Of a stretch of DNA of 44,158 nucleotides, positions 18,732 to 27,747 are shown one piece after another; the stretch's first letter is position 1, and each line of letters begins with the position of its first letter. The stretch comes from a virus. Lineage: Duplodnaviria > Caudoviricetes. A model generated the notes under the pieces. That model saw nothing but the letters and a program-made list of their open reading frames with translations, searched no databases and had not been told where the DNA came from. The stretch covers positions 1 to 44,158 of the IMG/VR virus record IMGVR_UViG_3300047561_001935, one strand, 5' to 3'. The position numbers and the translations under genes were made by a program.

Positions 18732-19140
18732 CTTGCTTTCTGGGTTGCACAACGCCGAAGATGCGCTGTTCGTTTAAGAAAATGCCATGCTTGACAGCAC
18801 CATGGCTAACAACCTCAATGTTTGCAATGGGCACTCCCATGTTGTTGGGAAAACATACAAAATCACCTTGCTTGACCAACCGGCAACTATTGCCACACAG
18901 TATAACTTTGCCAATGCGCCAGGCATTTGTTTCTGCATTCACTGGCACCAAAATGCCATTGCGTATGATGGTGTTGCCCCCAGACTCACCTTCATCCACA
19001 AACTCCACAAGCAAAATATCATCCAACAAAGCCGACATGTCATATCCAGTGAACAGGCTGTTGAAATTATTTTTGGAATGTGCACTTAAATCAATTAAAC
19101 TTTTCTTTACTGCTAGTTGGTCAATGCATTGTTTGCTCAT
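18679..19140 (-). CDS. groES: GroES-like co-chaperonin (gp31 analogue)
   Basis: DDILLVE...NGILVP...RIGKVILCG...VKQGDFVCFP...FLNEQRIFGVV follows the Cpn10 pattern. Confidence 0.7.
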   Translation of the reverse strand: MSKQCIDQLAVKKSLIDLSAHSKNNFNSLFTGYDMSALLDDILLVEFVDEGESGGNTIIRNGILVPVNAETNAWRIGKVILCGNSCRLVKQGDFVCFPNNMGVPIANIEVVSHGAVKHGIFLNEQRIFGVVQPRKQDASIINESKKRTAKQRV

Positions 19141-19170
19141 ATGGTCACTTATGTGTGAACTGTGTGAAAA

Positions 19171-19443
19171 TCAAGGGATCTTGGGTTTCTTGATATAATT
19201 GATGCGTTGCTTTGGATATGTGGGCAACAGGTTCACCAACAGATTGTATTGATCTTGTGGTGTAGGGAACACGTGACTCATGCGATTGACTGTGTCATTG
19301 ACAATTCTAGCTGCTGCAGGGTCCAACATGGACAACCATCTGTTCACCAAGAAGGGTTGGTATTCCTTCTCTGCTTCTGGTGTATTGAAGATATCTTTTT
19401 TCTTAGAAAAGGCTACACTGTCAATGATATCAAATATGTTCAA
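19171..19443 (-). CDS. T4 gp62-like clamp loader small subunit
   Basis: MNIFDIIDSV..KK...YQPFLVNRWLS...N...QYNLL...LP.....YIKK is the short gp62 family pattern. Confidence 0.75.
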   Translation of the reverse strand: MNIFDIIDSVAFSKKKDIFNTPEAEKEYQPFLVNRWLSMLDPAAARIVNDTVNRMSHVFPTPQDQYNLLVNLLPTYPKQRINYIKKPKIP

Positions 19444-20030
19444 TGCGATATGATTTTGGTGGATGCAATGAAGATGTCATCATTTATCTGATAAAAGGAA
19501 TTGATCACATCTTGCATGAAGCTAGTTGCATCTGTATCACCTAGTTCTGTGCTGAAAGCAAATGCAGGTGCGTGTTTGCCTGCTTGAATGTTGATGCCTG
19601 TGTGACCCAGGGCAGCTGCATCTTTCACATGCACAATGCTCACTGAACATTTGCCAGACTGTTGTGTCACACCACCTTGTGTAAACTCACGCGTCACCAT
19701 CAAATCATCACCATCCACGGTGATGGGTGCCTTGAGGTATTTGAACAAAATATTTGCAACATTTGTATTGAATAATCTTTGATACGCAATGGCGCCAAAG
19801 CTTTCTGTGATCAAAGGAATTTCATACAGAAAGTGCACCATGTCTTCACTGTAAATAAAATCCTTGCTCAAAGCATCTTCTTGATCAATCAATCCTTCAG
19901 TTTCCACTTTTGCAGGAGCACGGAAGGCAATGATGTTGCCAATGGGCAAGCATTGTTTGCGAAAGTACTTGTATGCAAATCTGTGGTGCAATAAAACACC
20001 ATCATAACACTTGATGTCAGTTAAAATCAT
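19440..20030 (-). CDS. DUF366 family protein (lipoate/biotin ligase-like fold)
   Basis: YDGVLLHHRFAY...IIAFRAP...LIDQED...IYSEDMVHF, VDGDDL, GKCSVSI and HTGINI motifs. Confidence 0.75.
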   Translation of the reverse strand: MILTDIKCYDGVLLHHRFAYKYFRKQCLPIGNIIAFRAPAKVETEGLIDQEDALSKDFIYSEDMVHFLYEIPLITESFGAIAYQRLFNTNVANILFKYLKAPITVDGDDLMVTREFTQGGVTQQSGKCSVSIVHVKDAAALGHTGINIQAGKHAPAFAFSTELGDTDATSFMQDVINSFYQINDDIFIASTKIISH

Positions 20031-20036
20031 GCGTGT

Positions 20037-20064
20037 ATTATAAGTTAGCCCACCAAAACTTCAA
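20037..20064 (-). promoter_or_regulatory. sigma70-type early promoter, leaderless
   Basis: TTGAAG-N16-TATAAT-N6-ATG(20030). Confidence 0.75.
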
Positions 20065-20247
20065 CCCTATAATACAAGAAATGTTTATTTCACTTCCAAA
20101 ATCATAACGCATGTACCAACATCCAAAGTTAACATTGTTCATGTGCACACCATATTTTGCATCTCCTTCATGATCTGTTCTTTTAAACAACAAAAGAGAA
20201 GGTACAACAAGCTCAACAAAAAAACTGCCAGTATCAATTAATGTCAT
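20038..20247 (-). CDS. Hypothetical small protein
   Basis: ATG 20247 gives MTLIDTGSFF...WWANL (69 aa); no recognisable motif. Confidence 0.4.
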   Translation of the reverse strand: MTLIDTGSFFVELVVPSLLLFKRTDHEGDAKYGVHMNNVNFGCWYMRYDFGSEINISCIIGLKFWWANL

Positions 20248-20395
20248 GTTCAATTTTCGCGCGCATGCAGGTACTGTGAGTATCAAGTGAAAAGGTGTCA
20301 CTAAGCGTCACGTAAAAGACGTTGTCTAGAGATAAAGACAAGCAGTTAGTAGTTGAATCAAGCGCGTAACTGTTCCGGCAATTTTTTTCTTTCAT
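20234..20395 (-). CDS. Hypothetical small protein
   Basis: ATG 20395 (MKEKNCRN...) lies downstream of TTGATT-N16-TAAAAT (20456-20429) and overlaps the next small ORF. Confidence 0.3.
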   Translation of the reverse strand: MKEKNCRNSYALDSTTNCLSLSLDNVFYVTLSDTFSLDTHSTCMRAKIEHDIN

Positions 20396-20492
20396 TATAA
20401 TAATATACGTCTTAAAAACCCACAACATATTTTAATGAAATTGATGTAAAAATCAACTGTTTTTTTTTAATTGAAATATTATTTAAAACTCA

Positions 20493-20498
20493 TAAATA
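20493..20498 (+). promoter_or_regulatory. T4-like late promoter core (TAAATA) of the portal gene
   Basis: caTAAATA 4 nt before ATG 20503; the same motif precedes most structural genes. Confidence 0.7.
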
Positions 20499-20502
20499 AC
20501 GT

Positions 20503-22320
20503 ATGCCTGACTCAGGAAATGCAGAAAGTGGCCGTGAATCAACATTTGGCCGGTCGCTAATGAATTATGTTAATTCACGTCTGCCATACCAGAGCTACAC
20601 AGCCATTGATACAATCAGTAAGCTCAACCCGAAATACAAGGTCTTCCAGGACACAGGGAGCAAGAGAACAGAGGCTCTTGCAAGACAGAGCATCAGCAGC
20701 AACACAGATTACAACAGTCTTGATCCGTCTGGTATAATTGGACTGGACAACAACTTCACACAATACATGTATGCAAACATACAGCACGACAAAATCTCTC
20801 GGTTACGCGACTATCGCACCATGGCATCATTCTCTGAGATAGCAGATGCATTGGATGAAATATGTGATGAATCCATCAACAGGGATGTACAGGGCAAGGT
20901 TGTCAAGCTCGAGTTCCCAGAGCTTGATATTGACGACAAAGACAAAGATACCCTACAGAAGGAATTTCAGAAATATGTAAACTACTTTGATCTCGCCCAC
21001 AAAGGTTGGGAATATTTTCGTACTCTGCTTGTGGATGGTGAAATTTATTTTGAACATATTATTCATAAAAGTTATGAAGAAGAGGGCATCCTCGGCATTG
21101 TAACCATACCCAATGAATTTGTTGACCCTATTTTCGGCAATGTACAAAACATGATGATTAAAGGCTTCCTTTTACGCAAGCCTGTGTTTGACAAAACCAA
21201 TCCAACTAAAATTCTGGATTACAAGCTGGTACCACTTGACAAGAATCAAGTAACCTACATCAATTCTGGCATATGGAATGAGAACAAGACCATCAGATTA
21301 CCTTTCCTAGAGAATGCCCGTAGAGCATACCGTCAGATCAGTTTATTAGAAGATGCAGTAGTCATATATAGACTTGCAAGAGCACCACAACGCCTGGTAT
21401 TCAATGTGGATGTGGGCAACATGCCGGCACCCAAAGCAGAAGCTTATTTGAAGAAGTTAATGAATCAGTATTGGTCCTCAAAAACCTTTGATTCACAACA
21501 AGGTGGTACTGCTGTAAAGAAATACAACCCACAGAGTATTCTTGATAATTTCTGGTTTGCAAAGAGACAAGGATCTGAGGGCACAGATGTGAAGCAACTG
21601 GAAGGTGCAAATTCTGCTTGGGGCCTGGAAGAGATGCTATATTTCTTAAAGAAACTCTATAAGAGTCTCAAAGTACCTGTTTCTCGGTTGAACGCAGACA
21701 CCGGATACAAGGATGACATGAATATCTTGCGAGAGGAGTTAAAATTTGCAAAATTCATCATTCGTATGCAGCAACAATTCTCTGAAGGACTTAAAAATGG
21801 ATTCATTACCCACCTCAAATTGAAGAACCTTTGGGACAAATATGATCTTAAAGAAAATCATATCAACATAGAGTTTAACGTGCCTGTGAACTTCTTTGAA
21901 ATGAGAGAAGCGCAAAAACAAGAGATCAAGACCAAAACGTTTTCTGACATTGTGCAGTCTTCTGATACCATTAGCAAAACATATGCTCTTAAGAAATACA
22001 TGGATTGGAATGATATTGAGGTGTTGGCAAATAGAGAGTTCATGCGCAAGGACATGGCGTTCGGTTGGGAATTGGAGCAAATTAAATCTGGCGGGCCCAA
22101 TTGGAAAGAAAATGCATTGGCTTCTGCAGCCCCCATGGGCAATGAAGCAGGAGCAGAAATTGGTGGTGCAGGTGTGACAGGCTCCACTCCACCTGCTTTT
22201 GGACCAGCACCTAGTGCTGCAGAACCTGCACCTGAGAGTGGTGCACCTGTGACAGGTGCTGGAGCTGTGCCACCAGAAGCCGCTGCAGCTGAAGCACCTG
22301 GTGTTACGCCAGCGGCTTAA
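20503..22320 (+). CDS. T4 gp20-like portal protein
   Basis: YRTMA...EIADALDEICDE, FRTLLVDGEIYF, LLEDAVVIYRLARAPQRLVFNVDVGNMPAPKAEAYL, YFLKKLYKSLKVPVSRL and REELKFAKFI; Pro/Ala/Glu-rich C-tail. Confidence 0.95.
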   Translation: MPDSGNAESGRESTFGRSLMNYVNSRLPYQSYTAIDTISKLNPKYKVFQDTGSKRTEALARQSISSNTDYNSLDPSGIIGLDNNFTQYMYANIQHDKISRLRDYRTMASFSEIADALDEICDESINRDVQGKVVKLEFPELDIDDKDKDTLQKEFQKYVNYFDLAHKGWEYFRTLLVDGEIYFEHIIHKSYEEEGILGIVTIPNEFVDPIFGNVQNMMIKGFLLRKPVFDKTNPTKILDYKLVPLDKNQVTYINSGIWNENKTIRLPFLENARRAYRQISLLEDAVVIYRLARAPQRLVFNVDVGNMPAPKAEAYLKKLMNQYWSSKTFDSQQGGTAVKKYNPQSILDNFWFAKRQGSEGTDVKQLEGANSAWGLEEMLYFLKKLYKSLKVPVSRLNADTGYKDDMNILREELKFAKFIIRMQQQFSEGLKNGFITHLKLKNLWDKYDLKENHINIEFNVPVNFFEMREAQKQEIKTKTFSDIVQSSDTISKTYALKKYMDWNDIEVLANREFMRKDMAFGWELEQIKSGGPNWKENALASAAPMGNEAGAEIGGAGVTGSTPPAFGPAPSAAEPAPESGAPVTGAGAVPPEAAAAEAPGVTPAA

Positions 22321-22750
22321 TTCGTTTCAACCGGCGCATTACAAATCTTAGTTTGCGTATCTCATATCTACGTGCATCAATTTCTTCTGGTGCATACCAG
22401 TACCGGTCACTCAAATTCATCATGTCTCGGTAAGAATATGAAAACTTAAATTCCATATGCTTAATTTTATATTGTATGAAATGTCGCAGCTCATGCAATA
22501 AGTTTCGTATCATTCTGCGTGTTCTGGAGGACTTATTGGATGTCTTAATATCAACACCAACGTTGATTTCATTTCTACAAATATCAAACTCACTATTCAC
22601 CCCATTGGAGCGAATGTGTATGTGCAAAGTCTTATTAGAAGGGTAACCTTCTTTATAGCATAGATAAATTAATACTTTTTTGAGAGATTTATAGCAAACG
22701 CCATATCTCCTGAGCCAAACGTGTGCAGGCTTTGAAAAAATTATATTCAC
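22304..22750 (-). CDS. HExxH zinc metallopeptidase-like protein
   Basis: LLHELRHFIQY and YWYAPEEIDAR motifs. Confidence 0.6.
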   Translation of the reverse strand: MNIIFSKPAHVWLRRYGVCYKSLKKVLIYLCYKEGYPSNKTLHIHIRSNGVNSEFDICRNEINVGVDIKTSNKSSRTRRMIRNLLHELRHFIQYKIKHMEFKFSYSYRDMMNLSDRYWYAPEEIDARRYEIRKLRFVMRRLKRIKPLA

Positions 22751-22770
22751 CTAGAATAGTCTAAGAATAT

Positions 22771-23379
22771 TTATCTTAACCACACTGTGGTTGGATCAAA
22801 AGCGGAAGTATCAAGAAAATTCCACACCTGGTAATCTGGCTTCACTGTGTTCGTAGCCTTGAGCAAGTTGCTTAGCAAAGTCTCCAGATCCTGAATATGC
22901 CACACATCATCAAGCAATCTCTTGCCAGAAGTTCTGGATTTGTGAGCAATGTGATCTGCATATGAATAAGCAAACCCTGCAAATGGTGGCACCATGCAAC
23001 CCAGACTAACGAGATTGCCTAACATACGAGAACACACCTCTTTGCCTCCCACTGAGTGCATGGTCACAATGGCACATGCTGGTTTGCCTACGAGATACTT
23101 GGAACCCTCCAACACAGTCATTTTTTCAAAGAGCTGCTGCATGGGTGATCCCCAGCTGTCCCAGTATGTGCCAGTTGAAAAGATCAAACAATCTGATTTC
23201 TTGATGCTCCGCTTCACACTATTCCAGCTGAATGAAGGACTTAGATGTATGATTTTTACTTTAATATCAATATCCACAGTTGAATGCCTCAATAACATGC
23301 GCTTGATTTTTTTAAGAAGCATGGCAGTGTTACCTGTTCGGCCACCTATGGCACCATTAATGATCAGAACATTTCTCAC
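22771..23379 (-). CDS. Flavodoxin-like NAD(P)H-dependent FMN reductase family protein
   Basis: NVLIINGA..GRTGNT, FSTGTYWDSWGSPMQ, GKPACAIVT.HSVGG. Start reassigned to GTG 23379, which sits 6 nt after a promoter -10. Confidence 0.8.
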   Translation of the reverse strand: MRNVLIINGAIGGRTGNTAMLLKKIKRMLLRHSTVDIDIKVKIIHLSPSFSWNSVKRSIKKSDCLIFSTGTYWDSWGSPMQQLFEKMTVLEGSKYLVGKPACAIVTMHSVGGKEVCSRMLGNLVSLGCMVPPFAGFAYSYADHIAHKSRTSGKRLLDDVWHIQDLETLLSNLLKATNTVKPDYQVWNFLDTSAFDPTTVWLR

Positions 23380-23385
23380 TACTTT

Positions 23386-23414
23386 AGTATAGACAGAGAT
23401 CACCAAGAAATCAA
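23386..23414 (-). promoter_or_regulatory. sigma70-type early promoter, leaderless
   Basis: TTGATT-N17-TATACT-N6-GTG(23379). Confidence 0.75.
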
Positions 23415-23423
23415 ATTGTTTTA

Positions 23424-24416
23424 CTAGATTATGTTGTTTGTCCGAATTATTGCCTGCTTTATTGCCATCCACATATCCAAATACTTGTAAGTGGCCAGTC
23501 TTCCGAGAAACAACACATTACTTTCATTTTCAGCCATTTGCTTGTATACATTATTGTAGAGAGACATGCCTTCACCAAAAGGTATGGGGTAGAAAGGTAA
23601 ATTAGTTTCATCATGTTGTAGGGGAAATTCTTTTGTTATAACTGTCAACCCTTTGTGATTATATGTAAAAAAGCCATGATCATAAATTCGGGTAAACTTA
23701 TTAAATGAGTTTGTTTGATTGATAACAACATTAAATTGCCGATCACCTGTTACCGTGTGTTCAAAGCGCAATGATCTGTAGGGCAGCCGACCTGCACAAT
23801 AATCAAAGTATTCATCAACTTTGCCTGTGTAAATCGTAAGATCTGCATCATATCTTCTCCATTCATTTGTCTCAATACTGGTGTGCACAGTTATACCATC
23901 CAGCATATTTTTCATCATCTCTGTATAACCATATTTTGGTATACATTGATACTTCTGATTGCCATACCAAGTGGGGTCTTCATGTTGAGGAAGCCGCGGC
24001 ACTCTGTTGATAATTGAAGTGGGAATGTCCTTAAATGGTACTCCCCATTGCTTCTCTGAATACTCTCTAAAAAAATATTCAATGATTTCTTCTTGAGAGA
24101 GTTCTCGACCAAGTTGTAAGATTGTCTTCTGGCTGTATGGCAGTGACACCATGCCTAAGCGAGAATCTGCATATGGCTTATACTCAAATGGCAGAAATTC
24201 CGTATACTCAGATACAAATCTATATACCTCTTCATCATTAGTGTGAAAGATATGTGGACCATAATTATGTACCATGGTGCCACATACATTACTATCATAA
24301 CAATTGCCACCAATATGATTCTTGCTCTCAAATATCTCTACATGGTGGCCACGTTTTTTTAGCAAAACAGCGGCAGTTATTCCTGAGAGTCCACAACCTA
24401 TAATATTAATTCTCAT
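23424..24416 (-). CDS. glf: UDP-galactopyranose mutase
   Basis: IIGCGLSG FAD motif, HIGGNCYD, HNYGPHIFHT, YSEKQWG, LPYRSLRF, GRLATYKYLDM. Confidence 0.92.
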   Translation of the reverse strand: MRINIIGCGLSGITAAVLLKKRGHHVEIFESKNHIGGNCYDSNVCGTMVHNYGPHIFHTNDEEVYRFVSEYTEFLPFEYKPYADSRLGMVSLPYSQKTILQLGRELSQEEIIEYFFREYSEKQWGVPFKDIPTSIINRVPRLPQHEDPTWYGNQKYQCIPKYGYTEMMKNMLDGITVHTSIETNEWRRYDADLTIYTGKVDEYFDYCAGRLPYRSLRFEHTVTGDRQFNVVINQTNSFNKFTRIYDHGFFTYNHKGLTVITKEFPLQHDETNLPFYPIPFGEGMSLYNNVYKQMAENESNVLFLGRLATYKYLDMWMAIKQAIIRTNNII

Positions 24417-24446
24417 AGATACATTTAACTATATTTACCTTTTATG

Positions 24447-24475
24447 TTGATTTTATCTATAGCATATGCTATTAT
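24447..24475 (+). promoter_or_regulatory. sigma70-type early promoter, leaderless
   Basis: TTGATT-N17-TATTAT-N6-ATG(24482). Confidence 0.7.
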
Positions 24476-24481
24476 ATACAA

Positions 24482-24685
24482 ATGGAAAAGTTTACCGCCG
24501 TTATAAAGAGCATACATGCTACTGATAAAAGTAGAAACATTAAAATCACAGCATGGGACCAATGGGAAGCACACAAGTTGGCTACTAATAAATATCATCA
24601 ATATAGAGAAGATATTATTAGCATCAAGGACAGCCGCAATAATGAAGTGTACAATTTGGAAAAAGGCTTTATTTTTGAATCTTAA
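24482..24685 (+). CDS. Hypothetical small protein
   Basis: 67 aa, directly downstream of a promoter. Confidence 0.65.
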   Translation: MEKFTAVIKSIHATDKSRNIKITAWDQWEAHKLATNKYHQYREDIISIKDSRNNEVYNLEKGFIFES

Positions 24686-24748
24686 TTAAAAAATTAATTA
24701 CAAAGAATAAATAAAGTAGATACAATTGAATAGTAATGAAGCGAATTA

Positions 24749-24970
24749 ATGAATAACGTTCACCTGCTTGTTGTAGATCAGAGCAATAATGGGTCGTATC
24801 ACGTGAAGGTAATTGTTGATTCAAAGGAATCTGGTATTTTGTATTTATCTTCTGAACAGTTCCATATATTTTGCACTGGAATAAAGAATGCTTGTTATGA
24901 AAATAATGTTTTCTTTTTAGTTGAAAACCCTTTTGATGTTGAATCAGAAGATGATGAAGATCTAGAATAA
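24749..24970 (+). CDS. Hypothetical small protein with acidic C-terminus
   Basis: 73 aa ending ESEDDEDLE; fills the gap between neighbours. Confidence 0.6.
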   Translation: MNNVHLLVVDQSNNGSYHVKVIVDSKESGILYLSSEQFHIFCTGIKNACYENNVFFLVENPFDVESEDDEDLE

Positions 24971-24978
24971 ATATATGC

Positions 24979-25185
24979 ATGAAGAACATGCAGACATCCG
25001 CAAGAGGATTCTGTGAAGAATTCTCTACACACATCTACGAGGACAAAATTCGTAATAGTATTCTGGTGAATGTGGACCAAGAATGGTTTCCAACGCTAGA
25101 TATAGGCATGTGTAAACGTGGATACAAGCTCGTGCATGCTACAGTGATGCCAAAAACAAATACTTGTGTATATCAAAAAACTTGA
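24979..25185 (+). CDS. Hypothetical small protein
   Basis: 68 aa; TAAATA 5 nt upstream. Confidence 0.6.
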   Translation: MKNMQTSARGFCEEFSTHIYEDKIRNSILVNVDQEWFPTLDIGMCKRGYKLVHATVMPKTNTCVYQKT

Positions 25186-25209
25186 AGTACAGCTAGCTGA
25201 AGCTATACT
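25182..25209 (+). promoter_or_regulatory. sigma70-type early promoter, leaderless
   Basis: TTGAAG-N16-TATACT-N6-GTG(25216). Confidence 0.75.
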
Positions 25210-25215
25210 CAATTT

Positions 25216-25950
25216 GTGGTAAAAAGTAAATCTAAAAAATCACCCGTATTCAATGCAGAGGCACATACCTATACAGACCCAGACGACAAGTTCAAGTATT
25301 GTAGCGTGACACGATGGATTGAACAATTCAAAAAACCTTTTGACCAACAGGTAATGGCAGAAAAAATAGCCAGGCGCGAAGGTGTGTCTGTGGAGTTCAT
25401 ATTGGAGGAATGGCATGAAAAGAGGGAAAGTAGTAAAATTTTTGGAACCAAGGTGCACAAAGCCCTAGAAATATTTCACAAGACAGGTGAAGAATCAGAT
25501 AAAGACTGTAGTGTCATCTTAAGCAGCTTCAAGGCTCTTAATATTAATTTTAGTAAAAAAGATTCTTTTTTTGAGAAATTAGTATACAACCGCGATCTTG
25601 GTGTTGCAGGCACTTCAGATATTATTGTACATAATGCAGATAAAAAAACGTTTAATGTTTATGATTTTAAAACTAATAAAAAGGTAAGATATGCTTCACC
25701 GTTTGGTGATTCTCTTCTTGGCCCACTTAAAAAATATCCTTGTTCGGAATACTTTACATATTCTTTGCAATTGAGCATGTACGCTTATTTGTATAAACTT
25801 ATGACCGGGTTGGAGCCGATGAGATTAAAGATTTTTTGGTATGAAAGAGAGAAGCCTGAAGATTATACAAGCTTTAGCGGTAAATGGCAGATCATAAATG
25901 TACCATATCTCGAGGAAGATCTTATCAATTGTTTGAGTAATGAACACTAG
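25216..25950 (+). CDS. PD-(D/E)XK exonuclease family protein
   Basis: HTYT...SVT, GTKVH, EKLVY...VAGTSD, VYDFKTNK and YSLQLSMYA motifs. Confidence 0.85.
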   Translation: MVKSKSKKSPVFNAEAHTYTDPDDKFKYCSVTRWIEQFKKPFDQQVMAEKIARREGVSVEFILEEWHEKRESSKIFGTKVHKALEIFHKTGEESDKDCSVILSSFKALNINFSKKDSFFEKLVYNRDLGVAGTSDIIVHNADKKTFNVYDFKTNKKVRYASPFGDSLLGPLKKYPCSEYFTYSLQLSMYAYLYKLMTGLEPMRLKIFWYEREKPEDYTSFSGKWQIINVPYLEEDLINCLSNEH

Positions 25951-26356
25951 GAAAACATGGGAAGAATACGCGCTCCTTCTCGCACAGTCTGCATCCAGTA
26001 GAAGTGAAGACCCTTATAATAGGGTAGGTGCTTGTGCGTTAGGATATAATAACAGAGTCCTTGGTGTTGCTTATAATGGGTTAGTATCTGGAAAGAAAAT
26101 ATCAGATTCCTTCTGGCAAAATAGGGATGGTAGACGTCCATATATTATTCATGCAGAACAAAATATATTAAGCTTATTCAAAAGAGGTGAAGCACGTCTT
26201 TTAGCATGTACTTTGTTGCCCTGTTCTGACTGTGCTCGACTAATTTGTAGTTGGGAGATTCCCCTGGTTTGCTATATGGATGATTACCAAAGAGATGCAG
26301 GCGCTATAGATATCTTTAAATTTTACAATGTAAAGCTAAAAAGGATAAAGCTATAG
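25940..26356 (+). CDS. dCMP deaminase
   Basis: SRSEDP...VGAC, AYNG, IHAEQN and PCSDC zinc motifs. Confidence 0.9.
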   Translation: MNTRKTWEEYALLLAQSASSRSEDPYNRVGACALGYNNRVLGVAYNGLVSGKKISDSFWQNRDGRRPYIIHAEQNILSLFKRGEARLLACTLLPCSDCARLICSWEIPLVCYMDDYQRDAGAIDIFKFYNVKLKRIKL

Positions 26357-26389
26357 TAGAAAATAGCTCTCGCAACATAAATAAGCTAT

Positions 26390-26938
26390 ATGGCCGTAGC
26401 TACAATTTCTGTTAATTTTGCAAATTCATCTGATATCACAACGGGTGCCAGTACTATAACTAGTATTAATCCCGCACAATTGAAGAGCGCTCTAACTAGT
26501 GGTGCAGCCATGTATGCATTATCTATTGCCGCACTAACAACCAATGGCAATCTAGCTGTGGTTGGTGCAACGACTGCTACTGGTGATATCACAGCCTATT
26601 CTTCTGATAAACGACTCAAAGATGTGGTGAGTATCATACCCAATGCTCTTGAGAAGGTCAATGCAATTTCTGGTGTACTATACAAACATAATGATGTAGC
26701 AAAAAAATATGGTTTTACAGAAAATGATCAAAAAGTTGGTGTGCTTGCCCAGGAAGTGCAAGCTGTATTACCTGAGGTAATTAAACCTGCACCGTTTGAT
26801 ACAGATGAAAATGGTGCAAGTAAGTCTGGTGAGAACTACCTGACTGTTCAATACGAAAAAATTGTCCCACTGCTGATTGAAGCAATCAAGGAACTTAGCA
26901 AAAAGGTTGAATTACTAGAACAAGCACGGGGTGAGTAA
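26390..26938 (+). CDS. Miniature fibre protein with a C-terminal peptidase S74 intramolecular chaperone
   Basis: GDITAY-SSDKRLK autocleavage motif, ALEKV..ISG, VGVLAQEVQAVLPEV and YEKIVPLLIEAIKEL; only about 71 aa precede the chaperone; TAAATA 6 nt upstream. Confidence 0.85.
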   Translation: MAVATISVNFANSSDITTGASTITSINPAQLKSALTSGAAMYALSIAALTTNGNLAVVGATTATGDITAYSSDKRLKDVVSIIPNALEKVNAISGVLYKHNDVAKKYGFTENDQKVGVLAQEVQAVLPEVIKPAPFDTDENGASKSGENYLTVQYEKIVPLLIEAIKELSKKVELLEQARGE

Positions 26939-26940
26939 TC

Positions 26941-27714
26941 ATGCCTAGCCCTGGCGATAACCTTTCAATAAACGCATTGGCGGCTGCAACAGGTGCTACA
27001 CCAAAGAGCTTAGGAACTATAGCTGGGAGCACAGCAACGCCAATTGCGGTAAGTGAATTCACTGTCACAGGGATTACTACCCCCACAGCAAGCGTGGCAA
27101 CTGTTGCGTATGGCTCAACTATAACTGTAACGTCTAATTTTACTGGAACCGGTGCACGATTTTTGTCCCGTATTGGGAGCCGAGCTGCTAACTTCACTTG
27201 GTCAACACCTGCCAATCTGACACTCACAACTAACAATGGGTACAACAGGATCTACACAAACGCATATAACCCTGGCTCAACTAGCTGCAGTTCTTCCACA
27301 ACAAGAACAGTAGCAGTAACTTTTGCAGACGGGTTTAATCTCACTGCGTCAAATTATAATGTTGCGTTAACAACAACAGCATTTACGACTTATTCACCAC
27401 CCAAGCCGTCCTTGACAGGTATCGGGTTAGTACGCCCACCACAACCTTGTGATACTGTCACTGGTGGTTGCGGTGCAGCATGCTATGGAGCTTCAATAAG
27501 ACTCAATGGCAATGCAGGCAGTTACAATGGTGTGCTGGGTTCTTCTAATTCTTATTATATTGCAGGCGTTCTTCGATCCACTGTTGCAGGCAACACTTCA
27601 ACATACGATTCTGCCGCAATATTTTGCGGCAATACTGCTTATAGCTGCTATGTTATAAATAATTATTCTTGCCAGGGTGATGCAGTTAACGTCACTACAT
27701 TAGCATATCTCTAA
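26941..27714 (+). CDS. Putative fibre-tip adhesin, Thr/Ser-rich with Cys-containing C-terminal half
   Basis: Directly follows the S74 fibre; MPSPGDNLSINAL N-terminus resembles adhesin attachment segments; 7 Cys. Confidence 0.55.
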   Translation: MPSPGDNLSINALAAATGATPKSLGTIAGSTATPIAVSEFTVTGITTPTASVATVAYGSTITVTSNFTGTGARFLSRIGSRAANFTWSTPANLTLTTNNGYNRIYTNAYNPGSTSCSSSTTRTVAVTFADGFNLTASNYNVALTTTAFTTYSPPKPSLTGIGLVRPPQPCDTVTGGCGAACYGASIRLNGNAGSYNGVLGSSNSYYIAGVLRSTVAGNTSTYDSAAIFCGNTAYSCYVINNYSCQGDAVNVTTLAYL

Positions 27715-27747
27715 TAGAATAATCTCTTCTTTTAAATAAATTACTGT

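Noticed and set aside
20065-20490. Possible ncRNA, tRNA or origin in the divergent region before the portal
   Set aside because: No cloverleaf, iterons or strong stems seen; the region is explained by two small ORFs and divergent promoters.
25216-25950. Cas4 call for the nuclease
   Set aside because: It lacks the four-Cys Fe-S arrangement of Cas4 and has no CRISPR context; it is a generic PD-(D/E)XK exonuclease.
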